A stretch of DNA of 64,000 bases from a virus. Below are positions 9,979-19,792 of this stretch, one piece after another. The translations under genes and the position numbers were made by a program. The stretch covers positions 31,585-95,584 of IMG/VR virus record IMGVR_UViG_3300033149_002817. The stretch is one strand, 5' to 3'. The number at the start of each line of letters is the position of its first letter. Position 1 is the stretch's first letter. The notes below the pieces were generated by a model that worked only from the letters and a program-made list of their open reading frames with translations, was not told the DNA's origin and ran no database searches.

Positions 9979-12900
9979 CGACGAGCGGACTCGCAACCGG
10001 TGGAGCGGGCTCCATCCTCGTTCCGTTCGGGGACGGCGCGACATCGCGCAACAGCGCAGCGTGGAACCCCTACGACGGCAAAGCCTATCGCAACAACAAG
10101 CCGCGCCTCACGGATGGTCTCCTCTTCAACTGCTCGGTGAAGCCGAAGCTGTTCGACACCTTCCCCGAGCCGACAGCCTTCATGTACTACCATCCGACGC
10201 AGGGCACGCCGAATCTGATCGACCGGGAAGCGATCTTCGAGGCGAACTACCCCGAGTTTGACAAGGTCGCGCTCGGGCAGTCCTACCAGGGGCGGGACAT
10301 CATCGCGTACCGGCTCGGTCCGGTCACGCGGAAGCACTTCGTCGTGGACATGGTGGTCCACGGGAACGAAGCGGACGGCGCTCAGGGCACCTTCCGGGCG
10401 ATGGAGATCCTCGCGCGCGACCCGATCTTCGCAGCGTTTCGGGCGGAGTGGACGATCTTCTTCATCCCGGCGTTGAACCCCGATGGGTGGTACCTCGACA
10501 CGCGTAATCTCGCGGAGATCGGACCCGGCGGGGTGACGATCAACCTAAACCGCAACTGGGATTGGTTTTGGGATGAGTATGTCTCTTCGTCGTACGAGTC
10601 AAAAGGCTCGGCGCCGGAGAGCACACTGGAAGCACAGGCGTTCCTCAACTACTACCGCGACCCGCAGGTGACGTTTGGCTTCCTGCTCGATCAGCATGCG
10701 GACCGCGGTGTTGGCGCGCGATACATGAGCCGCGACCGCATATGGCGAGGTTTGGCATCGGCCCCGGGCGTCGCTGGAGAGGTACCGAACAACTACCGGT
10801 CACTGTGGCTTGACTGGATCATCTGGCGCTATGTTGGGCAGGTGACTCACATCCGGGCTCGGGACGCGGGCGGCTTCGACAATTACTGCCGGTACTACCG
10901 CAGCCGTTTCCGTCCGCACCTTCACAGCTACTTCAGCTCTCTCGGCATCGTGTCGATGGCGATGGAGGACGAGAAGGTCAGCGACGCGGGCGGTCTGGAG
11001 ACCGTCGCGAGCGCGTGCAACTTCCGTCTTGACGCGACGCTCGCCGCCGCGTTGTGCTGCACCGAGTCGCTGTGGGTGCACCAATACGAAGAGGGCATCC
11101 TCCTCGAAAACGACGCGGTGACACAGCAGCTACAGAACGCGAGCTTCAACAGCTGGCAGGACGACGAGTACCGCCCTGGCTACTACACGATGAGTCGTAT
11201 GACGACAGCGCGCGCGGCGAAGGCGGACAGCTACGTTGAAGACGGCGGCCGGGCGGTCGAGATGACCTCGCAGACGCTTATCGAGCTGTCGCAGGCGGCG
11301 GAGTTCAACGCGGGCGCGATGACGGGCTACACGAGTTTTCTGTTGGTTACCAGCAAGGGGCAGCTGTTCAAGATCCCGACCGCTTCGGCATCTTCGTCAG
11401 GTGACGTCATCGACCCGCTGACGAGCTTCACGAGTTGGGTGGGGGCGGCAGCCTTCCCGGGCAACGTGGATGGCGGCATTCAAGTGTTCGGCGGCGGTTC
11501 CTCGGAGAAGGACGCAGCGCCGACGACGCAATACTACCTGCTCGATGACACGACGGAGACGCCGCTGACGGGCTTCGGTGCGGTCCCGGTCGGGACGCAG
11601 CACGCGGGTTTCTGCGACAACATGCTGTCGGATCCGCCTTCGCCTTTCCTTCCCGGGCGCGAAGGCTACCTCGTCGGCGGATGGACTGGCATCGCTCCGA
11701 CGGCAGCGATGTACACGCTCGACATTCCGAGCTTCATCTGGACGCTTTCCGCGGCGACGATGCCGACTCCGACGTATGGCGCGCTCGCGGTCTACGATCC
11801 GATCAGGGGCTACGTGTGGATCATCGGGGGCTTCAACGCCGCCGGCACACCGCAGAGCACGGTGGGATATTGGAATCTGGTGGCGGACACCTACACGCCA
11901 TCGACTCCGCTCCCGCTCGCTTTGGGTTACGTGGCGGGCGTCTACGCGCGTGTTGACAATCGCATTTACATCTACGGTGGGCAGCTCAACACGGGGAACA
12001 TGGCGCCGACCATCTACCAATTCGACCCGAGCAGCGCGACGTGGGTTCTGCTGGAGGTGACGGCGAACCTCGACGACGACGAGGATCAGCAAGAGCCGGA
12101 AGACCCGGTATGGAACGTCTTGCTCGGGCGGGCGCAGGCCATTCTTCCGGTCGAGAACGCAACGGACGACGGGGTTATCTACCTGCTCGGCGGACGGCAG
12201 ACAAGTACTGTGGGGGCGCTCGCGGACGACTTCTACAAGCACGATCTATTCGACGAAATTATCGGGCGCGTGGCAGATTCCGAATACGGCTACCTTCGCT
12301 ACTCGTCATCGATCCAATCGGGATGGATAGCGTATGTGCTCTCGCAGCAGCCGAGTATCACGGGAGGCGCCTTCGCGGGTACGTGGACGGATACGACACC
12401 CGGAAACTGGACCGCGTACGCGGGCGCTCCGGCAACGGGGACGAAGACGGGCGCGGCACACAGCGCGCTGACGCATAGCGAAACGGCCCCGAACTACGCG
12501 AGCCATCGCATGAAGGTGGACCTCTTCAAGGACGGCGCTGGGACGCTCCTGCTCTTCAGCGCGGTGCTGCGCGGGAGCTACATCGGGGCGAACATTCAGA
12601 CCGGCTACCGGGTGCGGAACAACATCGGCGGAACGACATGGGTGTTGGAGCGCTTCGTCGGTGCAGCGGGTACGACGCTCGACACGACGACTGCGGACAC
12701 CATCGCCGACACGACTGCTCGCGAGCTTGACTTTCGCGTGCTTGGACAGAGTCCGGTGCGCATCGTCGTCTACTACAATGACGTCGAAATCTTCAACTAT
12801 GTTGACGCCTCATCTGCACGACGCCGCAACCCGGGCGTCTCTGGGTTCGAGGGGCAGAGCGGAACGGCGAATCTCGTCGTGTCGAACTACTGGGCCACGG

Positions 12901-14495
12901 AGACGGCGGCAGGAGAAGAGAAGTTCAGCGGTTCGGCGCTCGTGAAATCGAAGCTCGCGTCTTCTACAGGGTATGTGCGCCTCGCCCTTCAACCAGGCGC
13001 GCAAGAGGTAGCTGATAGCGAGTTCGTCACGCGACGCGTGCGCAACTACTACACCATTCCGCCGTCGGGGTACTGGTTCAACTACCGCGTGCGCGCGTTC
13101 CTCCGGCATGGCCCTCGGGCGTATGTTGAGGACCGTGTTCGCTACTATCACCGTGTGTACAAGGACTCGCAGACGGCGGTCATCGACGGCATCGTGCTCA
13201 CGAGGGGTACGTTGCTCGGGCAGACGTTCCTCGACACGGGGCAAGCTCGTGTGGGCGAGAGTCATACCTTCGCGACGCCCGTGCAGATGAATCGCCTTCA
13301 CGCCTCCTTCACATGGATGCCGACCTTCGGCTACCCGGACATAGTTGACGCGGACCTTGAGATCGCGCGCTTCGCGGTCGACGGCAGCAACTACATCCGC
13401 GTCATCCTGCTCGCGGGGAACGACGAAGAGCGCGAGTTCAACCGCGACGACCTCTACGCGCAGCACGACCCGATCATCCGCCTCGACAAGGTGCGCGGCG
13501 GGGTTCAGGTCGCGTATATCGACCTTGTCTGTTACTACAGCTACATAATGCGAGAGCCGGGGTGCGAGCGTGTTGACGAGTCGCTCCGCTTCACGATCGT
13601 TCACATCGAGGACCAGCTGTTCCGCTTCTCCATCGAGCGCTTCGGCTTCGAGGTCCACAAGTCGCAGGCAGTCGACCTCATCGGCTTCGTGACGACCGCG
13701 GGAACGCTGGCGTACAACGGGCAAGGGGTCTACGGTAAACCAACTATCAGCTATGACGGCATGCACGCGAACGGTATGCGCGCCATGCTCGGGCGCCGCG
13801 ACATCGATCAGCGGCTTGTTGAGCTTGAGAGGACCGGGTTGTTCGTTTCGGGTGAGCGCGACCCGACGCAGGGCGCCATCTCGACCTACAACAAGTACCG
13901 TCCCTTCCTCGACGGTGACGACTTCATCCGCCCGGACGACAGCAACCTCGGGAGCGGGTGGGACGTCATCAAGCAGACCGGGAACGGGTGGGATGTCGTA
14001 TCCAGCCAGGCCCGATGCGTTGAGCTTGGCTTTGAGAGTCGGGAGGGCGACCCGCGGCACGCCGACTACATCATGGCGGCCGACGTCACGGTGCAGAACA
14101 ACAACGACGTCGTCGGCCTCATGGGGCGGGTAGATCGCTTCCTGTCGGGGTCATACTCAAGCTACGAACCTCACGGGTACGGGTTTGAGCTGATTCAGAC
14201 CTCGCCGACGGCGGCGACGTTGCGCATCGTCACGTACTGGAACGGCGTACGGGAGATCCTCAACACACAGGCGCTATCATCCTACACTGCGGGTGAGACG
14301 CTGCGGATTCAGGTGACGCTGACGAACACGACGCTCCGAGCCGAAATCTCGGGGCGGGCGGTCGTTACGACGACGGACTACCTCTTCAAGAGGCCGGGCC
14401 GTGCGGGGATCATGGGAGAGACGGGCGGACCGGCGCAGTACGTCACGGTCGACAACTGGTCGATGACCGAAAACTTCGAGTCGAGCACGGTTTAG
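9975..14495 (+). CDS. M14 zinc carboxypeptidase + Kelch propeller + lectin-like domains
   Basis: GQSYQGR, HGNE (HxxE), NPDG, NLNRNW, LDQH; at least five Kelch GG motifs (VFGG, YLVGG, WIIGG, YIYGG, YLLGG); GTG start overlapping previous TGA. Confidence 0.85.
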   Translation: MTTSGLATGGAGSILVPFGDGATSRNSAAWNPYDGKAYRNNKPRLTDGLLFNCSVKPKLFDTFPEPTAFMYYHPTQGTPNLIDREAIFEANYPEFDKVALGQSYQGRDIIAYRLGPVTRKHFVVDMVVHGNEADGAQGTFRAMEILARDPIFAAFRAEWTIFFIPALNPDGWYLDTRNLAEIGPGGVTINLNRNWDWFWDEYVSSSYESKGSAPESTLEAQAFLNYYRDPQVTFGFLLDQHADRGVGARYMSRDRIWRGLASAPGVAGEVPNNYRSLWLDWIIWRYVGQVTHIRARDAGGFDNYCRYYRSRFRPHLHSYFSSLGIVSMAMEDEKVSDAGGLETVASACNFRLDATLAAALCCTESLWVHQYEEGILLENDAVTQQLQNASFNSWQDDEYRPGYYTMSRMTTARAAKADSYVEDGGRAVEMTSQTLIELSQAAEFNAGAMTGYTSFLLVTSKGQLFKIPTASASSSGDVIDPLTSFTSWVGAAAFPGNVDGGIQVFGGGSSEKDAAPTTQYYLLDDTTETPLTGFGAVPVGTQHAGFCDNMLSDPPSPFLPGREGYLVGGWTGIAPTAAMYTLDIPSFIWTLSAATMPTPTYGALAVYDPIRGYVWIIGGFNAAGTPQSTVGYWNLVADTYTPSTPLPLALGYVAGVYARVDNRIYIYGGQLNTGNMAPTIYQFDPSSATWVLLEVTANLDDDEDQQEPEDPVWNVLLGRAQAILPVENATDDGVIYLLGGRQTSTVGALADDFYKHDLFDEIIGRVADSEYGYLRYSSSIQSGWIAYVLSQQPSITGGAFAGTWTDTTPGNWTAYAGAPATGTKTGAAHSALTHSETAPNYASHRMKVDLFKDGAGTLLLFSAVLRGSYIGANIQTGYRVRNNIGGTTWVLERFVGAAGTTLDTTTADTIADTTARELDFRVLGQSPVRIVVYYNDVEIFNYVDASSARRRNPGVSGFEGQSGTANLVVSNYWATETAAGEEKFSGSALVKSKLASSTGYVRLALQPGAQEVADSEFVTRRVRNYYTIPPSGYWFNYRVRAFLRHGPRAYVEDRVRYYHRVYKDSQTAVIDGIVLTRGTLLGQTFLDTGQARVGESHTFATPVQMNRLHASFTWMPTFGYPDIVDADLEIARFAVDGSNYIRVILLAGNDEEREFNRDDLYAQHDPIIRLDKVRGGVQVAYIDLVCYYSYIMREPGCERVDESLRFTIVHIEDQLFRFSIERFGFEVHKSQAVDLIGFVTTAGTLAYNGQGVYGKPTISYDGMHANGMRAMLGRRDIDQRLVELERTGLFVSGERDPTQGAISTYNKYRPFLDGDDFIRPDDSNLGSGWDVIKQTGNGWDVVSSQARCVELGFESREGDPRHADYIMAADVTVQNNNDVVGLMGRVDRFLSGSYSSYEPHGYGFELIQTSPTAATLRIVTYWNGVREILNTQALSSYTAGETLRIQVTLTNTTLRAEISGRAVVTTTDYLFKRPGRAGIMGETGGPAQYVTVDNWSMTENFESSTV

Positions 14496-14503
14496 GGGGC
14501 GAC

Positions 14504-14980
14504 ATGGCAGAGCCATACGGGTTCGCAGTGCGGACGGACGGTGCGACGGAGCTGCGCAGCGCCCTCGCTCAGCATGAGGCAGAGTTGGTCATCCTCACGC
14601 AGGAGGACCACGGCGTACCGATCGCGTCCTTCGACATCGTGCGCGTGTCAGTCCTGAGCGCGGAAAACCTTGCGTGGGATGTCTACTTCTATGACAGTGC
14701 GCCCGGGGCGCTCACGGCGCACGACGACAACCCGGTCGTGGATTGGATCGAGTTCGACGCCACGCAGGGGAAGCAGATCAACGCGACCGGTCCGTTCATC
14801 TACTCCCTGTCGGCCTTCAAGACGCGCTACATCAACCGTAATGGGGAGCCGACCATCTACGTCCGCCTCTGTCAGCGGGACGCAGCGGGGAAGACGGCGA
14901 ACGATCCGGGGCGGGTGGTCGTCATCGTCGAAGGCACCTCAACGGGTAACGACTACCCGGCGCAGCATCCGGAGACGTAG
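14504..14980 (+). CDS. Hypothetical virion protein
   Basis: AGGGGG SD; beta-rich. Confidence 0.65.
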   Translation: MAEPYGFAVRTDGATELRSALAQHEAELVILTQEDHGVPIASFDIVRVSVLSAENLAWDVYFYDSAPGALTAHDDNPVVDWIEFDATQGKQINATGPFIYSLSAFKTRYINRNGEPTIYVRLCQRDAAGKTANDPGRVVVIVEGTSTGNDYPAQHPET

Positions 14981-14982
14981 GC

Positions 14983-15120
14983 ATGAGTGGTTGGTGGAAT
15001 TGGTATGACAGGACACCGGGGAAGCAGCTGAGCGACATGGACGTAGGGCTGAAAGTACTCTACGTCTCCGTCGGTCTGATGGTTCTTCTCGTGTTGCTCG
15101 TGACTATCGACGTCTGTTGA
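14983..15120 (+). CDS. 45-aa single-TM peptide (not in ORF track)
   Basis: MSGWWNWYDRTPGKQLSDMDVGLKVLYVSVGLMVLLVLLVTIDVC; fills the intergenic gap exactly. Confidence 0.5.
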   Translation: MSGWWNWYDRTPGKQLSDMDVGLKVLYVSVGLMVLLVLLVTIDVC

Positions 15121-15129
15121 GGGGACAAC

Positions 15130-15630
15130 ATGCCGCCTGCAGGATCAGTAGTCGTTGGTGGTAGTGGTGGTGGTACCACGCCATCGACAGCTGCGGAGGA
15201 CACAAACGTGTGGGTCATCACGGGATCGAAAGCGCTTCAGACCTACGGCACGTCCGGGCAGACGTACACGCCGATGGACGTGGCCGACACGCTTCGCATG
15301 CAGAAGCGCGTGCTGACGGCCGGTGACTACACGGTCAGCATCAACTACGCGATGGCGTCTGCCTCCGCCAACGCGGTCAAGCTGCAGTGCGACTACCTCG
15401 TGACCGACGACGGTGACGACCCGGATGCTGCTCTCGGCGCGGCAACTCCGGCGACGTCCGAGTTCTCGCCCGGCAACGACACCGACATGCACCAGCACGA
15501 GACTTTCGTGGTGACGGTCGCCGCCGACGGTGAGAACCTCGTCATCGTGCTGACCCGGATCGCCCCCGGTGCTGCTGCTCACCCGGGCCTGCTGCGCGTC
15601 ATCGACGTCAACCTCGACCCCGTGCCGTAG
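15130..15630 (+). CDS. Beta-sandwich virion protein
   Basis: GAGGGG SD; strong GC3 bias. Confidence 0.65.
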   Translation: MPPAGSVVVGGSGGGTTPSTAAEDTNVWVITGSKALQTYGTSGQTYTPMDVADTLRMQKRVLTAGDYTVSINYAMASASANAVKLQCDYLVTDDGDDPDAALGAATPATSEFSPGNDTDMHQHETFVVTVAADGENLVIVLTRIAPGAAAHPGLLRVIDVNLDPVP

Positions 15631-15638
15631 GAGCTGAC

Positions 15639-16406
15639 GTGGCCTTCAACACTGCTGTCATCGCTGGCGTCGAGGAGTACACCTCGTGGGATGACGTGCT
15701 TGCTCGTCCCGCCTCGGACGGCGACAAGGTCATGTTCATGGGATTGAAGTGGCGGTACGACGGTACCGCTTCAATATGGGTTCCTGCTTGGGTCTACGGG
15801 GAGACCATATTAGACAAGCTGTTGGTTGATGGCGACGAAGCTAACGACGCTGCACTTGTCGCGAAGGGCTGGACTGTCAACAAGGCAGCCGGTGGCACCG
15901 TCACGTATGACGGCGTGCGGGTGAGGTTCAAGGGCGATTCCGCAGATGCCGACATCAGCAACGTAGCATTTACTCATACGGGCGACCAGGACGATAAGTA
16001 CTTCTTCTATGGTCGGGTGCGAGCTGACAACTGGAGGGGTACTCCCTACTGGGCCGGATGTATAGCTGGTCTTGACGATGGCACGCACTCCAGACAATTC
16101 AGTTTTCTCTACACGTCTGCCACCGACTATGCTGGGTTCATTGGCAACATGGCAAAGAAGGGGGAGGCGGACGTATCAATTGATTTCACGACTGAGCGGT
16201 TCGTGCTGATCTTCTGGAGAAAGACGACCGGAGAAAAAGCAAGCTATGCGTGGGTGCAAGGCGGAGCATGGCTGCCTGCTCCAAACTACGCTTACACGGG
16301 AACGACCTTTACGGGCACGGCCTCAAAGCGGCTCGGTATTGGTGTTTTGAGTAGCGGAGCCGGTAGTGACGTTCACGTTCGTGACGTAGTATTCGCGAGG
16401 TATTGA
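15639..16406 (+). CDS. Tandem paralog 1 (putative receptor-binding/lectin-like)
   Basis: SWDD..VMFMG.KW..W.P.WVYGET family motif. Confidence 0.75.
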   Translation: MAFNTAVIAGVEEYTSWDDVLARPASDGDKVMFMGLKWRYDGTASIWVPAWVYGETILDKLLVDGDEANDAALVAKGWTVNKAAGGTVTYDGVRVRFKGDSADADISNVAFTHTGDQDDKYFFYGRVRADNWRGTPYWAGCIAGLDDGTHSRQFSFLYTSATDYAGFIGNMAKKGEADVSIDFTTERFVLIFWRKTTGEKASYAWVQGGAWLPAPNYAYTGTTFTGTASKRLGIGVLSSGAGSDVHVRDVVFARY

Positions 16407-17176
16407 TGGCCGCCAACACAACGTACCCATCGCTCGGTGTTGAGGAAGTTACTTCCTGGGACGACATGCCCTCCAGCCCCCTGGATGGTCAGGCTGTCAT
16501 GTTCATGGGGATGAAATGGCGGTACAGCACTACAGACGGGCTCTGGCTCCCGGCATGGGTCTACGGAGAGACTCTACTCGACGTCGGACAGATTGTTGGG
16601 GATGAGTCGAACGATGCAGCCCTCGTGGCGAATGGCTGGGGCGTCACCAAGTCCGGGAGTGGCGCTACGTACTATGACGGGACACGGGTCAAGCTCGATG
16701 GTGGCAGTATAAATGCGAACTTCGCGAGTGCAAACTTTGTTCACGGTGGGAATCAAGCAAGTCATTACATCGCCTATGGACGTGTGACTGCTCATAGCTA
16801 CACCAGCGGTGGTGCGCAGGCCGCTTGTGTCCTCACAAATCAGGACGGGACGGAAGACAGAGCCTTCATGTTCCGCTACGATCCCGCGCATACGTACAAC
16901 GCCTTTGGTGGTTTCGGTGGCATCTACGGGCAAGTCAATGACCTTGCTTCTTTCGCTACCGAGAGGTTTTTTCTTGTGTACTGGCACCCTCATGCTGGGA
17001 GCGGTATCGCTCAAAGCGCTTGGGTGGAAGGTGCTGCATGCATCCCATCGCCTACGTCCTTCTACGCCGGAACGGCGATGCCTGCATCTGCTTCGCAACG
17101 CTGGTATATCGGTGACTGGACCGGTAATGCTGGTGGTTCGTTGTCCGTTCGCAATCTCGTCGTCGCGAGGTACTAA
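16406..17176 (+). CDS. Tandem paralog 2
   Basis: MAANTTYPSLGVEEVTSWDD start; overlaps previous stop. Confidence 0.8.
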   Translation: MAANTTYPSLGVEEVTSWDDMPSSPLDGQAVMFMGMKWRYSTTDGLWLPAWVYGETLLDVGQIVGDESNDAALVANGWGVTKSGSGATYYDGTRVKLDGGSINANFASANFVHGGNQASHYIAYGRVTAHSYTSGGAQAACVLTNQDGTEDRAFMFRYDPAHTYNAFGGFGGIYGQVNDLASFATERFFLVYWHPHAGSGIAQSAWVEGAACIPSPTSFYAGTAMPASASQRWYIGDWTGNAGGSLSVRNLVVARY

Positions 17177-17949
17177 TGGCAGCCAACACGACCTACCCAT
17201 CGCTTGTCGTGGAAGAGGTCACCTCGTGGGACGACATGCCCGTCAGCCCTCTCGATGGGCAGGCTGTCATGTTCATGGGGATGAAATGGCAGTACGACGG
17301 TACCGCTTCAATATGGGTGCCTGCTTGGGTCTACGGAGAGACTCTACTCGACGTCGGACAGATTGTTGGGGATGAGGCGAACGACGCGGCCCTCGTGACG
17401 AATGGTTGGGCCATTACTAAGGCAGGCGCTGGTGCTACGTCCTATGACGGGACGCGAGTCAAGTTCGATAGTAGCGGCGCGAATGCGAACTTTTGCAATG
17501 CGCTCTTCCCTCACGGTGGGAATCAAGCAAGCCATTACATCGCCTACGGTCGTGTAAATTCTCACAGCTACACCGGCAGTGTCAAGCAATCCGCTTGTGT
17601 TCTTGCAAATCAGGACGGGACGGAAGACAGAACCTTCATGTTCCGCTACGATCCCGCGAATGCATACAACTCCTTCGCGGGTTCAGGTAGTACCTTTGGA
17701 CAAGTCAATGCTCTTGCCACCTTCTTCGCTACCGAGCGTTTTTTCCTCGCATATTGGCGCCCTCATGCTGGTAGTGGAATCGCCCAAAGTGCTTGGGTGG
17801 AAGGTGCCGCGTGTCTCCCGTCACCCACGTCCTTCTATGCCGGTACAGGGATGTCTGGAACTGCGGTGCAGCGCTGGTATATCGGTGACTGCACCGGCAA
17901 TGCCGCCGGTTCGCTGTCTGTTCGCAATCTCGTCGTCGCGAGGTACTAA
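17176..17949 (+). CDS. Tandem paralog 3
   Basis: Colinear and closely similar to paralog 2. Confidence 0.8.
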   Translation: MAANTTYPSLVVEEVTSWDDMPVSPLDGQAVMFMGMKWQYDGTASIWVPAWVYGETLLDVGQIVGDEANDAALVTNGWAITKAGAGATSYDGTRVKFDSSGANANFCNALFPHGGNQASHYIAYGRVNSHSYTGSVKQSACVLANQDGTEDRTFMFRYDPANAYNSFAGSGSTFGQVNALATFFATERFFLAYWRPHAGSGIAQSAWVEGAACLPSPTSFYAGTGMSGTAVQRWYIGDCTGNAAGSLSVRNLVVARY

Positions 17950-18746
17950 TGGCCTTCAACACCGCCGTCATTGCTGGGGTTCAGGAGTACCTCTGGGCTG
18001 ACCGTCCTCTTGTGGGGGCGGTGGATGGGGACATGGCTGTTATCAGGGAGTTCGGCACACGTCCCTACCTGCGGATCTACGACGCCTCGCTTGGGGAGTT
18101 CGTACCTGCTGTAGTCCACGGGCGCTTCTCTGATTGGGTGCAGACAGCGCAAGTGGTGGGGACAGAGGTGGACGCTGCCGCTCTGCTTGCAAACGGGACC
18201 AGCGTCAACGCTTACGCTGGTACGCCTACCATTGGCTACAACGATAGCGGCAAGCTGCACCTTACCAATACCGGCGGCTCGGACGGTATTGCTATCGAGG
18301 CAAACACTGCTCCATCCAATGGCTTCTCAGCCTACTTCCGTGGTCTGATTAGAGTCATTCAGATCGGCGGCAAGGAAGACATCTACTTCATTGCGAGCGA
18401 CGGTTCGCATGAGGCGTCGAAGGCGGCCTTCGCATTGCACGGCGGGAACCTCTACCCATTCCCGATGACGGGTACGGCACACGCCGGGACACAGACCGCT
18501 GTCAACAGCGGCATCGCAACGCTGTATGCTGCTGAAGGTCTGTTGGAAATCTTCTACATAGGCAACAACGATGACCGGTCCCTACCTGACGCTGCAATGA
18601 TGTTCTGGCTCAATGGGGTCTTTGCGGGATTCCAGACTAAGAGTGAGATGACGGGTGGTAGCTCGAATTACTGCAACCTCGTCCAGCTCATCAGCAGTAC
18701 GAACGAGATCACGATGCGTAATGTGTCGCTGTGGGTGAGGGACTAA
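17949..18746 (+). CDS. Tandem paralog 4 (divergent)
   Basis: MAFNTAVIAGV N-terminus shared with paralog 1; similar length. Confidence 0.75.
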   Translation: MAFNTAVIAGVQEYLWADRPLVGAVDGDMAVIREFGTRPYLRIYDASLGEFVPAVVHGRFSDWVQTAQVVGTEVDAAALLANGTSVNAYAGTPTIGYNDSGKLHLTNTGGSDGIAIEANTAPSNGFSAYFRGLIRVIQIGGKEDIYFIASDGSHEASKAAFALHGGNLYPFPMTGTAHAGTQTAVNSGIATLYAAEGLLEIFYIGNNDDRSLPDAAMMFWLNGVFAGFQTKSEMTGGSSNYCNLVQLISSTNEITMRNVSLWVRD

Positions 18747-18747
18747 C

Positions 18748-19329
18748 ATGGCAGCCAACACGACCTACCCCAGCCTCGGCGTTGAGGAAGTCACCTCGTG
18801 GGATGACATGCCGGCGTCTCCCCTGGATGGGCAGGCTGTCATGTTCATGGGGATGAAGTGGCGGTATCAAACAGCCGATTCTATTTGGCTCCCTGATTGG
18901 ATCTACGGGGAGACGCTGGTCGAGAAGCACACCATCGATGGCGATGAGGCCAACGACGGTGCTCTGACCGGCAAGGGTTGGACGATTCAGGAGGCCGGAT
19001 CCGGGAACATCACATATGATGGTACTCGTGTCGGGTGCACCACGACAGCCAACGCTGACCGCGCCCAGATTGGGTATCTCCACACAGGGGACGAGGACGA
19101 CAGCTACTTCCTATATGGCCGATTCGACTTGGCAGCTCTAAGGAGATCGCATGCCTCCCTTGAAGCAAGTCATCGCAGCCGGCGGTGGTGGCGCTACGCC
19201 CGCGACGTACTCGTGGTCGAAGAACCTCGTCACCGATCAGACCTTCACGGACATCTTCGGTTTGCTCGACATGACGACCGCATGGGCGTTCGACGCGGTG
19301 GAGGGGCTCGGCAACGGTGCGGTCGCTGA
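18748..19329 (+). pseudogene. Tandem paralog 5, truncated at about 19130
   Basis: Family homology ends after YFLYGRF; the rest is Arg-rich shadow overlapping the next gene. Confidence 0.65.
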
Positions 19330-19783
19330 CTCGGCGGTAGCGGTGTTGCCGACCGTCGCCCCCAACTCGACGCTCAAGGATCAGAAGATCATCGTCGAGC
19401 TGAAGGCTCCGAACGCGACGCTTGAGTGTGGCGTCATCCTTCGTATGACAGGCTTCAGCTCACCCGATGCGAATTACTACTGGGCTCGCATCACCGGCGG
19501 TCGTGCGCGCATCACCAAAACGCTCGCAGGTGTGTCGACGACTATTGCTGGTGGAGCGAACCCTGCTGATCTCTTTCCGCACAACGCAGGAGAGGTCATC
19601 AAGATCACGTTTCAGGTCGTGGGTGGCGACCTCACTGCCGATTTCGAGAACTTGACTACCCCGGACACGCACAACCTGACCGTTACCGACACGGACATCG
19701 CCGGTCCGGGGCAGGTTGGTATGCGCACAGGCTTCACGAACTCGCAGATTTGGTGGCGCAGCGTCAGCATTCAGTCGCTGTAG
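19151..19783 (+). CDS. Concanavalin/lectin-like beta-sandwich protein
   Basis: AAGGAG SD; GVILR..NYY..G.VG.R pattern resembles C-terminal domains of the M14 giant. Confidence 0.65.
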   Translation: MPPLKQVIAAGGGGATPATYSWSKNLVTDQTFTDIFGLLDMTTAWAFDAVEGLGNGAVADSAVAVLPTVAPNSTLKDQKIIVELKAPNATLECGVILRMTGFSSPDANYYWARITGGRARITKTLAGVSTTIAGGANPADLFPHNAGEVIKITFQVVGGDLTADFENLTTPDTHNLTVTDTDIAGPGQVGMRTGFTNSQIWWRSVSIQSL

Positions 19784-19792
19784 GGGCAGAGC

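Noticed and set aside
16406-17949. Paralogs 2 and 3 as DGR template/variable repeats
   Set aside because: Differences involve all bases and include synonymous changes, not adenine-specific; no reverse transcriptase in the window
15639-19140. Invertase-driven shufflon
   Set aside because: All copies are in direct orientation; no inverted crossover sites or recombinase seen
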